Shown here: in pieces, positions 13,092 to 24,654 of the stretch
Layout of the letters: every line of letters starts with the position of its first letter
Numbering within the stretch: position 1 is the first letter of the stretch
NCBI GenBank assembly: GCA_964016885.1
Contig: OZ024764.1
Coordinates: 8,184,001 to 8,248,000 of the forward strand
From: Eledone cirrhosa
Taxonomy: Eukaryota
Length of the DNA: 64,000 nt
Direction: 5' to 3'
Program-made: the position numbers and the translations under genes
The notes under the pieces: model-generated
Database searches by the model: none
Told to the model about the DNA's origin: nothing
The model's input: only the letters and a program-made list of their open reading frames with translations

Positions 13092-14520
13092 CTGCCATCA
13101 CTTGTGAACATGGCCCCAAGATGCTTGAACCTCTCTACCTGCTTCAGTGGGACTCCATTCACATGAAGAGTGCACTGTGCAGGCTTCCTTGAGAGGACGA
13201 GTGTCTCAGTTTTCACAGCACTGATTTTCATTCCAGCCATGCAGCATTCGGCACCAAACCTATCAAGTGCAAGTCGAAGATCATCTGTCGAGTTGAGTAA
13301 CACCATGTCATCTGCGAATTCCAGCCAACTGATTTCACACCCACTTCCAACCAGGCTGCGCATCTCAATCCTCTTTATGAGAATAATGAACAGGTGAGGT
13401 GACAGTACACACCCTTGACACAAATAATCAGACATTCATATAGAGACATTAGGGCAGCAAGAAGCTGACCATCAACCCCATACTCCTGCACAACCTTCCA
13501 CAGCCAGTCCCAAGGAATGCGGTCATATGCCTTTTAAAGGTTGACAAAACAAGAATATACCTCTTGGCAATACTCCCATAATTTCTTGAATACCTGTCCC
13601 ACATTTGGTCGGCTGTGCGGCATCCAGGGTGAAAACAATTCTGTTCATCAACTAGCTTGGACTCGAGAATCTCCCTGCATCTCTTTGCCAGACACTTAGC
13701 ATAGACTTTCTGAGGAGGCTTAACAAGGAGATCCCTCTGTAATTGGAACAATCTCTCTTGTCTCCTTTTTGAAAATCGAGATTATCACTCCCGATTGCCA
13801 TTGCTTAGGTGCCGTTCCAGAGATCCTGGCCACTCGGCACATATGAGTCAGCCAGAGAATACCTTTTTTATTTAAGGCTTTTAACATCTCGAGCCAGATT
13901 TCATCTTCCCCAACAGTTTTACCACATTTGAGCACTTTAACTGCTCTTGTGACCCCAGCTTCTGAGAGATTAGTCACCACTCCCAGATACACCTTGTCTA
14001 CATCCAAAGATGCCGTCGTGATCGGGTTTAGGAGATCAGCAAAATATTCTCTCCACCGCGTGAGGATGCACCTTTCTGAAGAGAAGAAGACCCCAGACAC
14101 ATTCTTGATAGCAGATGTGGAGGAGGGCTTCTTATGAAGTTGGCAGATGGTCTGCCAGAACACTTTATTTACTGATCTGATGTCAGATTCCAGCTTAACC
14201 CCAAAGTCCTCTCGTGTCTCAACTTTGAACACTTTTACTGTCTCTGCTGTGATTTTTGTGCCTGCTTGTACCACAAGTGCAGGAAGGAGGACTTATTTCC
14301 AAGCCAAGCTTTGCAGGCCCCCTTCTTTGCTTGGATGGCATCTTTGACCTCTTGATTGAACCAAAGAGTCTTCCTGCCATTCGGCACCACACCAAACCTC
14401 TTTTGCCTGCAGCATTTAGCAGCTGAAGCAGTAACTGCTGCGCTGAACTATCTCCACTCTGTCTCAGTGTCATCAGTTTTCTCAGGGAGTTCCCTGAATT
14501 TGAATGCAATATTATCTACA
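13090..14520 (-). mobile_element. Degenerate RTE-clade LINE reverse transcriptase (ORF2 fragment, frameshifted)
   Basis: ORF pieces contain RCILTRWREYFADLLN, GEDEIWLEMLKAL, PKQWQSGVIISIFKK, QGCVLSPHLF, LEFADDMVLL and LKQVERFKHLG. Confidence 0.9.
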
Positions 14521-14993
14521 TACCTGGTCTAGTTTACCAATATAGAAATGTTATATTTTCATTATTAAATCTTTACTTTTTAAGTATTCTCTATTACCTT
14601 TCATACTGTTTCTTTATTATTTCAGAATATCAGATGACATTGACTTAAAAGAATATTTTACATCAGATATATCATCCATACTAAAGTGTACAGTTATATA
14701 GAAAAGATAAAATCCTGTTTATATAAGTCTATGGTGGAATTATTGTGGAATATTTCCTCACAACTGAGATTATTAGCAACATTTCTCTTCAATGTATGTA
14801 TTACCTGTATGTATTAATCTTCAAAGTCTGGCATATTTACAATATTTTTTATTGTAATTAAACTTGGATCAATTTTCAAAATAAGTTTGCAGCATCTTCA
14901 GATATCTACAAAGATCCCTGTTGATGGAAATATAGATGAGATGAAATATTTATATATTCTGAGAGGAGGGAAATTGTGGAAAAATTTAATTAT

Positions 14994-15899
14994 ATGGAAA
15001 ACTTTAAAGGTTTAATTATTCACAAAAAAATATTGAAAAAGATGGAGAAATTATCTTACCGTTGTGATATATGTGGCAAATCATTCGCTATTGGTAGTAG
15101 TTTAATTATTCACAAACGTCTTCATACAGGAGAGAAACCATATCACTGTTATATCTGTGGTAAATCATTCTCTGATTACAGTTACTTCACTGCACACAAA
15201 CGTGGTCATACAGGAGAGAAACAGTGCGACATTTGTGGTAAATCTTTGTCTAGAAGTAGCGGCTTAATGAAACACAAACTTACTCATACAGGAGAGAAGC
15301 CATATCACTGTGACATCTGTGGTAAATCATTCACTGAACGTAGTACTTTAACTAAACACAAACGCATTCATACAGGAGAGAAACCATATCACTGTGATAT
15401 CTGTGGTAAATCATTCTCTAGAAATGAGCAATTAACTTCACATAAACGTGCTCATACAGGAGAGAAGCCATATCGCTGCGATATCTGTGGTAAATCATTC
15501 TCTGAAAGTGGTTACTTAACTAATCACATTCGTACTCATACAGGAGAGAAGCCATACCACTGTGACATCTGTGGTAAATCATTCACTGAACGTTATACTT
15601 TAACTAAACACAAACGTACTCATACAGGAGAGAAACCATATCACTGCAACATCTGTGGTAAATCATTCACTGCAGGTAGCAATTTAACTCGGCACGTACG
15701 TATTCATACAGGAGAAAAGCCCTACCACTGTGACATCTGTGGTAAATCATTCTCTGATTGCAGTCACTTAACTACCCACAAACGTACTCATACTGGAGAG
15801 CAACCATATCAGTGTGATATCTGTGATAAATCATTCTCTAGAAATAATGAATTAACTACTCACAAATGTACTCACACAGGAGAGGAACCTTATCACTGA
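14994..15899 (+). CDS. C2H2 zinc-finger protein, 10 tandem fingers, no recognisable effector domain
   Basis: Ten CxxC-x12-HxxxH units with TGEKPY linkers (linker 2-3 shortened to TGEKQ). First in-frame ATG at 14994, alternative at 15042. TGA at 15897-15899. Confidence 0.9.
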   Translation: MENFKGLIIHKKILKKMEKLSYRCDICGKSFAIGSSLIIHKRLHTGEKPYHCYICGKSFSDYSYFTAHKRGHTGEKQCDICGKSLSRSSGLMKHKLTHTGEKPYHCDICGKSFTERSTLTKHKRIHTGEKPYHCDICGKSFSRNEQLTSHKRAHTGEKPYRCDICGKSFSESGYLTNHIRTHTGEKPYHCDICGKSFTERYTLTKHKRTHTGEKPYHCNICGKSFTAGSNLTRHVRIHTGEKPYHCDICGKSFSDCSHLTTHKRTHTGEQPYQCDICDKSFSRNNELTTHKCTHTGEEPYH

Positions 15900-16134
15900 T
15901 ATATGTGGTAAATCATTTACTAAATGCGATCACTTAACTCGTTAAAGCATGTCCATACATCATCATCATCATTTTACATTCCCTTTTCCCTGCTTCCAAG
16001 GGTGGGACGGATCCTATTCAGCACAGCATCTCTCCATTTGTCACGGTCCTTTGTCATCTCCTCTGTGAGTTTCAGCAATCTGAGGTCAGCTCTCACCGCC
16101 TCCGCCCATGTTTCTCGTGGTCTTCTTCCACTCC

Positions 16135-17040
16135 GTCTTATATATATTGCTCTAATATAGGCAACAACCACGGCAACTTGTACCGGACTGACACACCTAG
16201 CAATATTCAACATAGGAGTGTAAACAACCACGACAAATACCGTAGCAGCACACAGCACGACAATGTACCTATACCATCAATGCATAGAGGACGTGCTAGG
16301 ATTAGATCCAGGAATATTATGTGGTTCACTGCACCATACTCTAAGCACGTATGGACCAACATACCCAGGATATTCTTCAGGGCATTGGATCAGTGTTTCC
16401 CAACCACCCATAAACACCACAAGCTGTTCAACCGGCGCACTATGAAGTTCTCATTTTCTACTGCACCCAAGTTAGGTCATATTGCTAGCACCGATTCCAT
16501 GAAAATGTGGAGTTTTGAGTGTCGCCAACAGCAGACGGGGGACCTGTCGAGGGTGGTTGGGGGAACAGATACTGACCCTGGCACCGACTGTGACATATCC
16601 TCCAATAGGCCACGACCTACCACGAGCTGTGACTTGGACAGACACCCAACCAGCAGAAACCTTCACCATGGGCTCCCAATGTGGTAATGGACCGTGGCGT
16701 AGCACATACACAATGGGCTCTGGCCCACTAATTCGGAATAGGCTCCATGAAAATGTGGAGTTTTGAGTGTTGCCAACAGCAGACGGGGGACCTGTCGAGG
16801 GTGGTTGGGGGAACAGATACTGACCCTGGCACCGACTGTGACATATCCTCCAAAAGGCCACGACCTACCACGAGCTGTGACTTGGACAGACACCCAACCA
16901 GCAGAAACCTTCACCGTGGGCTCCCAATGTGGTAATGGACCGTGGCGTAACACATACACAATGGGCTCTGGCCCACTAATTCGGAATAGGCTCACTGACC
17001 ATCGGACTTGTAACTGGCGTAGTAAAACACAATGCCCTCT
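16135..17040 (+). mobile_element. Degenerate Penelope-like element (RT to GIY-YIG linker region) with a 248-bp internal tandem duplication
   Basis: RNIMWFTAPYSKHVWTNIPRIFFRALDQCFPTTHKHHKLFNRRTMKFSFS resembles the PLE motif RNIIWFNPPYS..TNIG..F..L.K.F...H.LHKIFNRNT.K.SYS. CNWRSKTQCPL resembles CNCR...CPL. Duplication 16496-16743 / 16744-16993. Confidence 0.75.
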
Positions 17041-17200
17041 CCATGCAGCATCGCGCATCTCACACAGACATCATATAACCAGCCTTTCGTCCGCAGGAAG
17101 AAACCCTTCTTTGTCAACAGTGGAAGCAGCTCCCTAAACTTCTTTCAACCTGTCCTTATTCTAGAAACTATGGCCTCGGAGCACCCCCTCCTCCCCACAA
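17030..17200 (-). mobile_element. RTE LINE ORF2 fragment
   Basis: Minus strand reads GCSEAIVSRIRTG*KKFRELLPLLTKKGFFLRTKGWLYDVCVRCAMLHG. Confidence 0.75.
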
Positions 17201-17298
17201 AGGACCGTGACAAGTGGAGAGATGCTGAATAGGACCCGTTCCACCCTTGCAAGCAGGGAAGAGCGGACGTAAAATGATGGTGATGATGATGATGATGA

Positions 17299-17362
<64 letters not shown>

Positions 17363-17424
17363 AAATAGAACTCACAACATTGAGTTCTTGTCTGAATATG
17401 TCACTATCTGTAAACCAACTTTTG

Positions 17425-17486
17425 TATTTTATCTGATGAGGCCGTACCAAAAATTTTGGTACCCTTGAAATATATATAATAAAATA
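17425..17486 (+). ncRNA. Type I minimal hammerhead ribozyme-like motif
   Basis: tattttat-CTGATGA-(stem II gtaccaaaa/ttttggtac, imperfect base)-GAAA-TATATA-TA^ataaaata. Stem I has 8 bp and stem III is palindromic. Confidence 0.55.
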
Positions 17487-17678
17487 AATATGGTTTTATA
17501 AAGATAGTTTCCATTTATTAATATTATTGATATTATACTCCAGAGAATACTGTTGAGTGCTTCTAATCTTCATCATCATCATCATCATCATCGTTTAACG
17601 TCCATCTTCCACGCTAGCATGGGTTTCTGTTATAAATTAAATTTGTTGAATAACCAACAAATTAAATAACTCATTGCT

Positions 17679-17719
<41 letters not shown>

Positions 17720-17928
17720 ATTTATATATATATATAACGAAGGAAATGTGGTAAGGAACCAGGTTGACCATAACGCACCAAAGTACTCAATACTTAGGGT
17801 AGTAGAGTGGGTAATAGGAACGAGTAGGACCCCGTCGGCTGAGCTCAAGCCGTTTCGACGGCTAATTCTGGACGTTCAGAATTAGCCGTTGAAACGGCTT
17901 GAGCTCAGCCGTCGGGGTCCTACTCGTT

Positions 17929-17973
<45 letters not shown>

Positions 17974-17979
17974 GAATAG

Positions 17980-18262
17980 TTTTCACCGTATTTTTGACTA
18001 AAGAAATTTTAGTCTGATAATGGGGTTTAGAACCCTCAGATAAATGGAAAAAGATGAGTATTGATGTACATGGGAGTCAAACCCACATCTTTGGTTATCC
18101 AGACCACTGTGCTACCGGTGTAATGGTAGCACAGTGGTCTGGATAACCAAAGATGTGGGTTTGACTCCCATGTACATCAATACTCATCTTTTTCCATTTA
18201 TCTGAGGGTTCTAAACCCCATTATCAGACTAAAATTTCTTTAGTCAAAAATACGGTGAAAGT
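17980..18262. repeat. Perfect inverted repeat (~135-bp arms, 8-nt spacer) with a tRNA-like head at its centre
   Basis: tttcaccgta...cactgtgctacc ggtgtaat ggtagcacagtg...tacggtgaaa. Contains A-box-like GGTGTAATGGTAGCAC and B-box-like GGTTTGACTCCC. Confidence 0.85.
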
Positions 18263-18355
18263 TATTCTATTTTCTAATTTCAAACCTGCTCACTGTTTCA
18301 AAACATACTTACTCGTATATATAATTACTACTTATATATATATATATATATATGT

Positions 18356-18825
18356 ATATTGTTATACTTTGGGAGGGTCATGTTGCCAATAAGAAACACA
18401 CGCACCAGTTGCTTTCACTCCAATTTATTATAAATTAAATTTATAAATTTAAGAATTTATAAATTTCCGGTTGGTTGGTTGGTTGCACAACCGGACGGTT
18501 GTTCATATATTGTCAAAGTTCTTTCGTCAACAAAGGAGAGGCACAAAACAAAGAAAAGAATCCCAGTCACTGAAGAGGTCACAGAATGTGTGACAAAAGA
18601 ACTTTGACAATATATGAACAACCGTCCGGTTGTGGAACCAACCAACCAACCAACCGGAAATTTATAAATTCTTAAATTTATAAATTTAATTTATAATAAA
18701 TTGGAGTGAAAGCAACTGGTGCGTGTGTTTCTTATTGGCAACATGACCCTCCCAAAGTATAACAATATCGGTTTCAACACACGTTTTCAGATAAAGAATC
18801 TTGTTAAACAAATTTAGAAACGAAA
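18356..18825. mobile_element. Fold-back (inverted repeat) element embedded in (TA)n, same family as 44447-45000
   Basis: Arms of ~175 bp (atattgttatactttgggagggtcatg... / ...catgaccctcccaaagtataacaatat) plus a shared one-sided extension. Confidence 0.8.
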
Positions 18826-18994
18826 TATATATATATATATATATATATCTATTATATATATATATATATATATATATATCTATTATATATATATATTATA
18901 TATATATCTATCTATCTAAGGCGGGTAAAATTCCCGAGATCCATGGACGAGTTCTCTCCAGTGGTCTCTGTCCCTCATTATCGCTGCCATATTC

Positions 18995-19041
<47 letters not shown>

Positions 19042-19144
19042 TAATATATATATATATAATATATATAATATATATATATAATATATATAATATATATAAT
19101 ATTATATATATATATATAATATATATATATATAAACATATGTTA

Positions 19145-19184
<40 letters not shown>

Positions 19185-19269
19185 TATATATATATATATA
19201 ATATATATATATATATATAATATTATATATATATATATATATATAATATATATATATTATATATATATA

Positions 19270-19339
<70 letters not shown>

Positions 19340-19343
<4 letters not shown>

Positions 19344-19660
19344 CATTTTACGTCCGCTTTTCCTACTTGCAAGGGTGGGACGGGAACTGATTCTGGCTTG
19401 ATGTCTACAGCTGGATGCCCTTCCTAACACCAACCTCATTTACAGTGAGTGCTGGGTGCTTTTTTGCCATGGCGCCTACACGACCACTTTACAGTGGAAT
19501 GATAGGGACCCCAGTCCCTACCATCTCATTTCTACAGCTGAGTAAACTGGAGCAATGTGAAATAAAGTGTTTTGCTCAAGGAAACAACACATCACCCGGT
19601 CTGAGAATTGAACTCACAACCTTTCGATTGCAAGGCCAATGCTCTAACAACTAAGCCATT
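19340..19660 (-). mobile_element. tRNA-derived SINE
   Basis: Reverse complement of the full copy at 33646-33984. Confidence 0.85.
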
Positions 19661-19882
19661 ATATATATAAATATATAATATATATGATATATATGATAGT
19701 TCCCTATCATTTCACTGCCTGCAAAGTGGTCGTGGAGGCGCCACAGCAAAAAAGCACCCAGCACTCACTGTAAATGAGGTTGGTGTTAGGAAGGGCATCC
19801 AGCTGTAGAAATCAAGCCATAATCAGTTCCCGTCCCACCCTTGCAAGCAGGGAAAAGCGGACGTAAAATGACGATGATGATG

Positions 19883-19937
<55 letters not shown>

Positions 19938-20429
19938 ATATATCATCATCATCGTTTACGTCCATTCTTCCACGCTAGTATGGGTTAGACGGGTTAAGTG
20001 AGAGAAATATAGTAATTAGAGAGAGGGAGGGTTAGAAAGAGTAATAGAACAATGAGAGAGAAAGGGGGTTAAGTGAGAGGAATATAGTAATAAGAGAGGG
20101 GGGCTTGAGAGAGGAAGGGGGTGAAGTGAGAGAAATATAGTAATAAAAGAGAGAGAGAGAGGAGGGTTAGAGAGAGTTATATTAATAATTGTTTTTCTTT
20201 AGGCACAAGGCCAGCAAATAATCCAGTGCATTACTGGTACTTTATTTTATCGACCCCGTAAGAGAGTAATATTAATAATGAAAGAGTAAGGGGTTACAGA
20301 AAGGGAGGAGAGGTAGAGAGAGTAATAAAACAATGAGAAAAAGGGAGGTAACTCACGAATGCAGTTTTGACAGGAAAAAGAAGGAAAGAGTAGTAAGGCA
20401 GAGAGAGAGGGGAAAGGTAGTTGAGAGAG

Positions 20430-21570
20430 GGGAGTGTGTTTAGACACAGTAAAAGAGAGAAAGGCGGAGGGTGTTTAAACATAGTAAGAGAGAGGAGGAG
20501 GGTGTTTAGATACAGTAAGAGAGAGAAAGGCGGAGGGTGTTTAAACATAGTAAGAGAGAGGAGGAGGGTGTTTAGATACAGTAAGAGAGAGGGAGAGGGT
20601 GTTTAGATACAGTAAGAGAGAGGGAGAGGGTGTTTAGATACAGTAAGAGAGGGAGAGGGTGTTTAGACATAGTAAGAGAGAGGGGGAGGGTGTTTAGATA
20701 CAGTAAGAGAGAGGGAGAGGGTGTTTAGACATAGTAAGAAAGAGGGGGAGGATGTTTAGATACAGTAAGAGAGAGGGAGAGGGTGTTTAGATACAGTAAG
20801 AGAGGGAGAGGGTGTTTAGACATAGTAAGAGAGAGGGGGAGGGTGTTTAGATACAGTAAGAGAGAGGGAGAGGGTGTTTAGACATAGTAAGAAAGAGGGG
20901 GAGGATGTTTAGATACAGTAAGAGAGAGAGGGGGGTGTTTAGATACAGTGAGAGAGAGGGAGAGGGTGTTTAGATACAGTAAGAGAGAGGGAGAGGGTGT
21001 TTAGACATAGTAAGAAAGAGGGGGAGGATGTTTAGATACAGTAAGAGAGAGAGGGGGGTGTTTAGATACAGTGAGAGAGAGGGAGAGGGTGTTTAGACAT
21101 AGTAAGAGAGAAGCGGAGGATGTTTAAATACAGTAAGAGAGAGAGGGGGAGGATGTTTAGATACACTAAGAGAGAGGGAGAGGGTGTTTAGATACAGTAA
21201 GAGAGAGGGAGAGGGTATTTAGACATAGTGAGAGGGAGAGGGTTTTTAGAGTCAGTAAAAGAGAGAGAAGGTATTTAAATACAGTAAGAGAGAAAGGGGG
21301 AGAGTGTTTAGATACAGTAAGAGAGACAGGGAGGGTGCGATTATTTAGTGACAGTAAAAGAGAGAGACGGGGAGGGTGTTTAGATACAGTAAGAGAGAGC
21401 GGGAGGGGGTTTAGATACTGTAACAGACAGAAGTAGGAGGGTGTTAGACACAGTGAGACAGAGAGAGAAGGGGAGGGTTTTAGACACAGTCAGAGGAAGG
21501 CGGGAGGGTGTTTAGAGACAGTTAGATACAGGACGGAGGGTGTTTAGATACAGTAACAGAGAGAGAAGTG
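20430..21570. repeat. Purine-rich ~30-bp minisatellite immediately upstream of the MCM4 promoter
   Basis: Unit gggtgtttagatacagtaagagagagggaga, degenerating at both ends. Confidence 0.9.
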
Positions 21571-21590
21571 GGAGGAGTAATCGTACAAAC

Positions 21591-21636
21591 TTTCGCGCGG
21601 GATATTTCTGGTCACGTGGTGTGCAAAATTTCGCGC
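21591..21636 (+). promoter_or_regulatory. MCM4 promoter: two E2F sites flanking an E-box
   Basis: TTTCGCGC at 21591-21598 and 21629-21636, CACGTG at 21613-21618. E2F control of MCM genes is established. A donor AAT|GTGAGT at 21773 would close a non-coding exon 1 spliced to the acceptor at 25460. Confidence 0.75.
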
Positions 21637-21876
21637 GCTTTTTATGTACATTTCTTTATTCCGATACAACTTGATCTCCATACTTTAATTAGCGAAAGGA
21701 GAGCAACTTTTGTGGGTATTTTTCACGGATTTGCTTCATTTAATTTGGACCCACTTCTCATCTCGTCTGAATGTGAGTCTCACTAACTTTATAAACTTTC
21801 TAAATTGTTTAATTTCTGAAAAATAGCATTGATAAAAGACGATCTTTCGTGTGTGTGTGATTGCTGCATGTATAAA

Positions 21877-21921
<45 letters not shown>

Positions 21922-22026
21922 ATATATATGTGTGTGTATAGAAACGTGTGTGTGTATATATATATATAAATATATATATACGTGTGTGTGTGTATATATA
22001 TATATATATACGTGTGTGTATATATA

Positions 22027-22093
<67 letters not shown>

Positions 22094-22602
22094 ATATGTA
22101 TATATATGTGTGTATATATATATATATCTCTGTGTGTATATGTATATATATGTGTATGTATATATGTGTGTATTTATACGTGTGTGTATATATATGTATA
22201 TAAATATGTGTGTGTATGTGTATATATATATATATATATATATCATGTTTAATATAGAAATTATATATATACAGGACTAGGACTGTTTCATTCAAAAGAA
22301 ATCATCAGTTGTAGTCCTGTCGAAGCCATTTCTATATTAAACTTGATGTTTACACTCTACGTATGTATTGAGTACTTTACTTACTGTGTTTACTCCCCCC
22401 CCCCCTGCCTCGATCTATCTACTCTCTTTCTCTCTCGCATATATATATATATATATATAATGTGAAAAGAGTTAGGTCCCCGACGGCTGAGCTCCTGCCG
22501 TTTCGGCAGCTAGATCCGTACTAAGCTTCCTGGCTTAGTTCGGATCTATTGAGTACTCTGGTGCGTTATGGTCCACCTGGTTTCTTACCACACCTCCTTC
22601 GT

Positions 22603-22636
<34 letters not shown>

Positions 22637-22707
22637 CTACTTCTCATATGTTGATTTAAAAATGCACTATCCACAAAGTGTTTTTTAGCCTTCATATCAT
22701 GTCCTCC

Positions 22708-22778
22708 TGTTTTATCTGATGAAAACACAAATATTATTGCATGATGATGTTTGTTTTTGAAATGCGCATAATAAAATA
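22708..22778 (+). ncRNA. Type I minimal hammerhead ribozyme-like motif in the MCM4 5'UTR intron
   Basis: tgttttat-CTGATGA-(long stem II aaacacaaatattattg/tgatgatgtttgttttt)-GAAA-TGCGCA-TA^ataaaata. Stem I has 8 bp and stem III is palindromic. Confidence 0.65.
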
Positions 22779-22808
22779 CATGGAACTCTTTTAACCATCT
22801 TTTGATCT

Positions 22809-22839
<31 letters not shown>

Positions 22840-23050
22840 CGATATTAAACAAATGGAAACTATATTTATAAAACCATATTTATTTCGTTATATATATTTC
22901 TGGGATATCATATAACGGAATAAATATGGTTTTATAAATATAGTTTCCATTTGTTTAATATCGTAAACCTACTTTAGAAACTGTTGAGTGCTTTTATATC
23001 AGTTATAAAATATTTACTCGTTGTAACCCAACAATCTTAAATAAAACTTT

Positions 23051-23084
<34 letters not shown>

Positions 23085-23203
23085 AAAGTTTTATTTAAAA
23101 TTGTTGGGTTACAACAAGTAAATATTTTATAACTGATATAAAGAACTCGACAAGTTTTTGGAGTAGATATACGATATTTACAGTTTCCATTTGTTTAATA
23201 TCG

Positions 23204-23258
<55 letters not shown>

Positions 23259-24004
23259 TATGTATTTCTGTAGAAGAGGTAGAGGAAAGAAGAGTGCTCT
23301 ATGTATAGTACAGAGCTATTTAATTATGTAATAAACAACACAATATAAATATTCCATTACCAAAGGTTTCACGAAGTTAGAGATTTCGTCTGATGAACGA
23401 ACCAAACGTTTCTATTAGAATCGTCTAACTTCGGGAAACCTTGGATAATGGAATAATTATATTGTGTTGTTTATATGTATATATTATATATATATTATAT
23501 ATATTATATATATATATATATTATATATATATATATATATTATATATATATATATATTATATATCATCATCATCATCGTTTAAAGTCCATATTCCACGCT
23601 TGCATGGGTTTGGACGGTAGTTTTCCCACTTGAGGCAAGATTTGTTGTCTTGCTCGCATAGGACTGTCTGGTGGGTTTTCTACGGCTGGATGCCCTTCCG
23701 AACACCAACCACATTTACAGTGTGGACTGGGAGGTTTTTACCGTGTTACCTACACGGCCACATTACAGCGTGGACTGTGTTTTTTTTGTCGTGCCACCTA
23801 CACGACCTCATTTGTTTCGGCCTGGATGATTGTGGTACCAACATAACTTTACATTGAAAGGGGTGGGGGTAGTGGGACGGGGGTGTATTTTGTTAGAGGT
23901 GCCTACTGACTGTAGTAGGTTTCACTTTGTACTTAGGCAAGGCGGGTCTTCTGTATTACTGTGTAGCGCGAAAGATCTCGGTCCAGTGACATTGTCTTAG
24001 AGAG

Positions 24005-24640
24005 AAGCCTGCATGCTCCGATGGATGTATAATAGTAATATACGCGAATGGCAAAGTATAAACGAACTGAGAGAGAGACTGAGCATAAGAGGAATCAAAT
24101 GTTGTGTGCAGGAGAGGAGGTTGTGTTGGTATGGACATGTGATGCGTATGAAGGATGACAGATGCATAAAAAGGTGCAGAGAACTAGAAGTCAATGGAAG
24201 CCTTGGAGTGGGGAGACTCAAGAAGACCTGGGATGAGGTGATAAAAGCTGACCTAGCACAGTTACACCTCTCAAAGACAATGATATACGACCGAGACCTC
24301 TAGCATTATGCAGTAATACAGAAGACCTGACTTCCCAGAAGCTGAAGTATATAGGCAATATGCGCCCCTCTCCTCCCACTGTAAAGTGGTTGTGTCGGTG
24401 TCATGTCAAAAAGCACCCAGTCCACACTGTAAAGTGGTCGTGTCGGTGCCACAGCAAAAAAGCACCCATCACTCACTGTAAATGAGGTTGGTGTTAGGAA
24501 GGGCATCCAGCTGTAGAAATCAAGCCAGAATCAGTTCTGTATGAGCAAGACAAGGTTGCCCAACCTGGCATTGTCCAGAACAGGACAAGCCGTCTAACCC
24601 ATGCTAGCGTGGAAAAATGGACATAAAACGGTGATGATGA
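24005..24640 (+). mobile_element. RTE LINE 3' end with tail
   Basis: MLRWMYN..LRERLSIRGIKCCVQERRLCWYGHVMRM..GRLKKTWDEVIKADL, followed by a SINE-shared tail and (gat)n. Confidence 0.85.
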
Positions 24641-24654
24641 TGATATACACACAC

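Noticed and set aside
19415-19654. Recurrent 79-aa ORF MPFLTPTSFTVSAG... (also 41557, 45862, 63497)
   Set aside because: Antisense reading of a high-copy tRNA-derived SINE, not a gene family.
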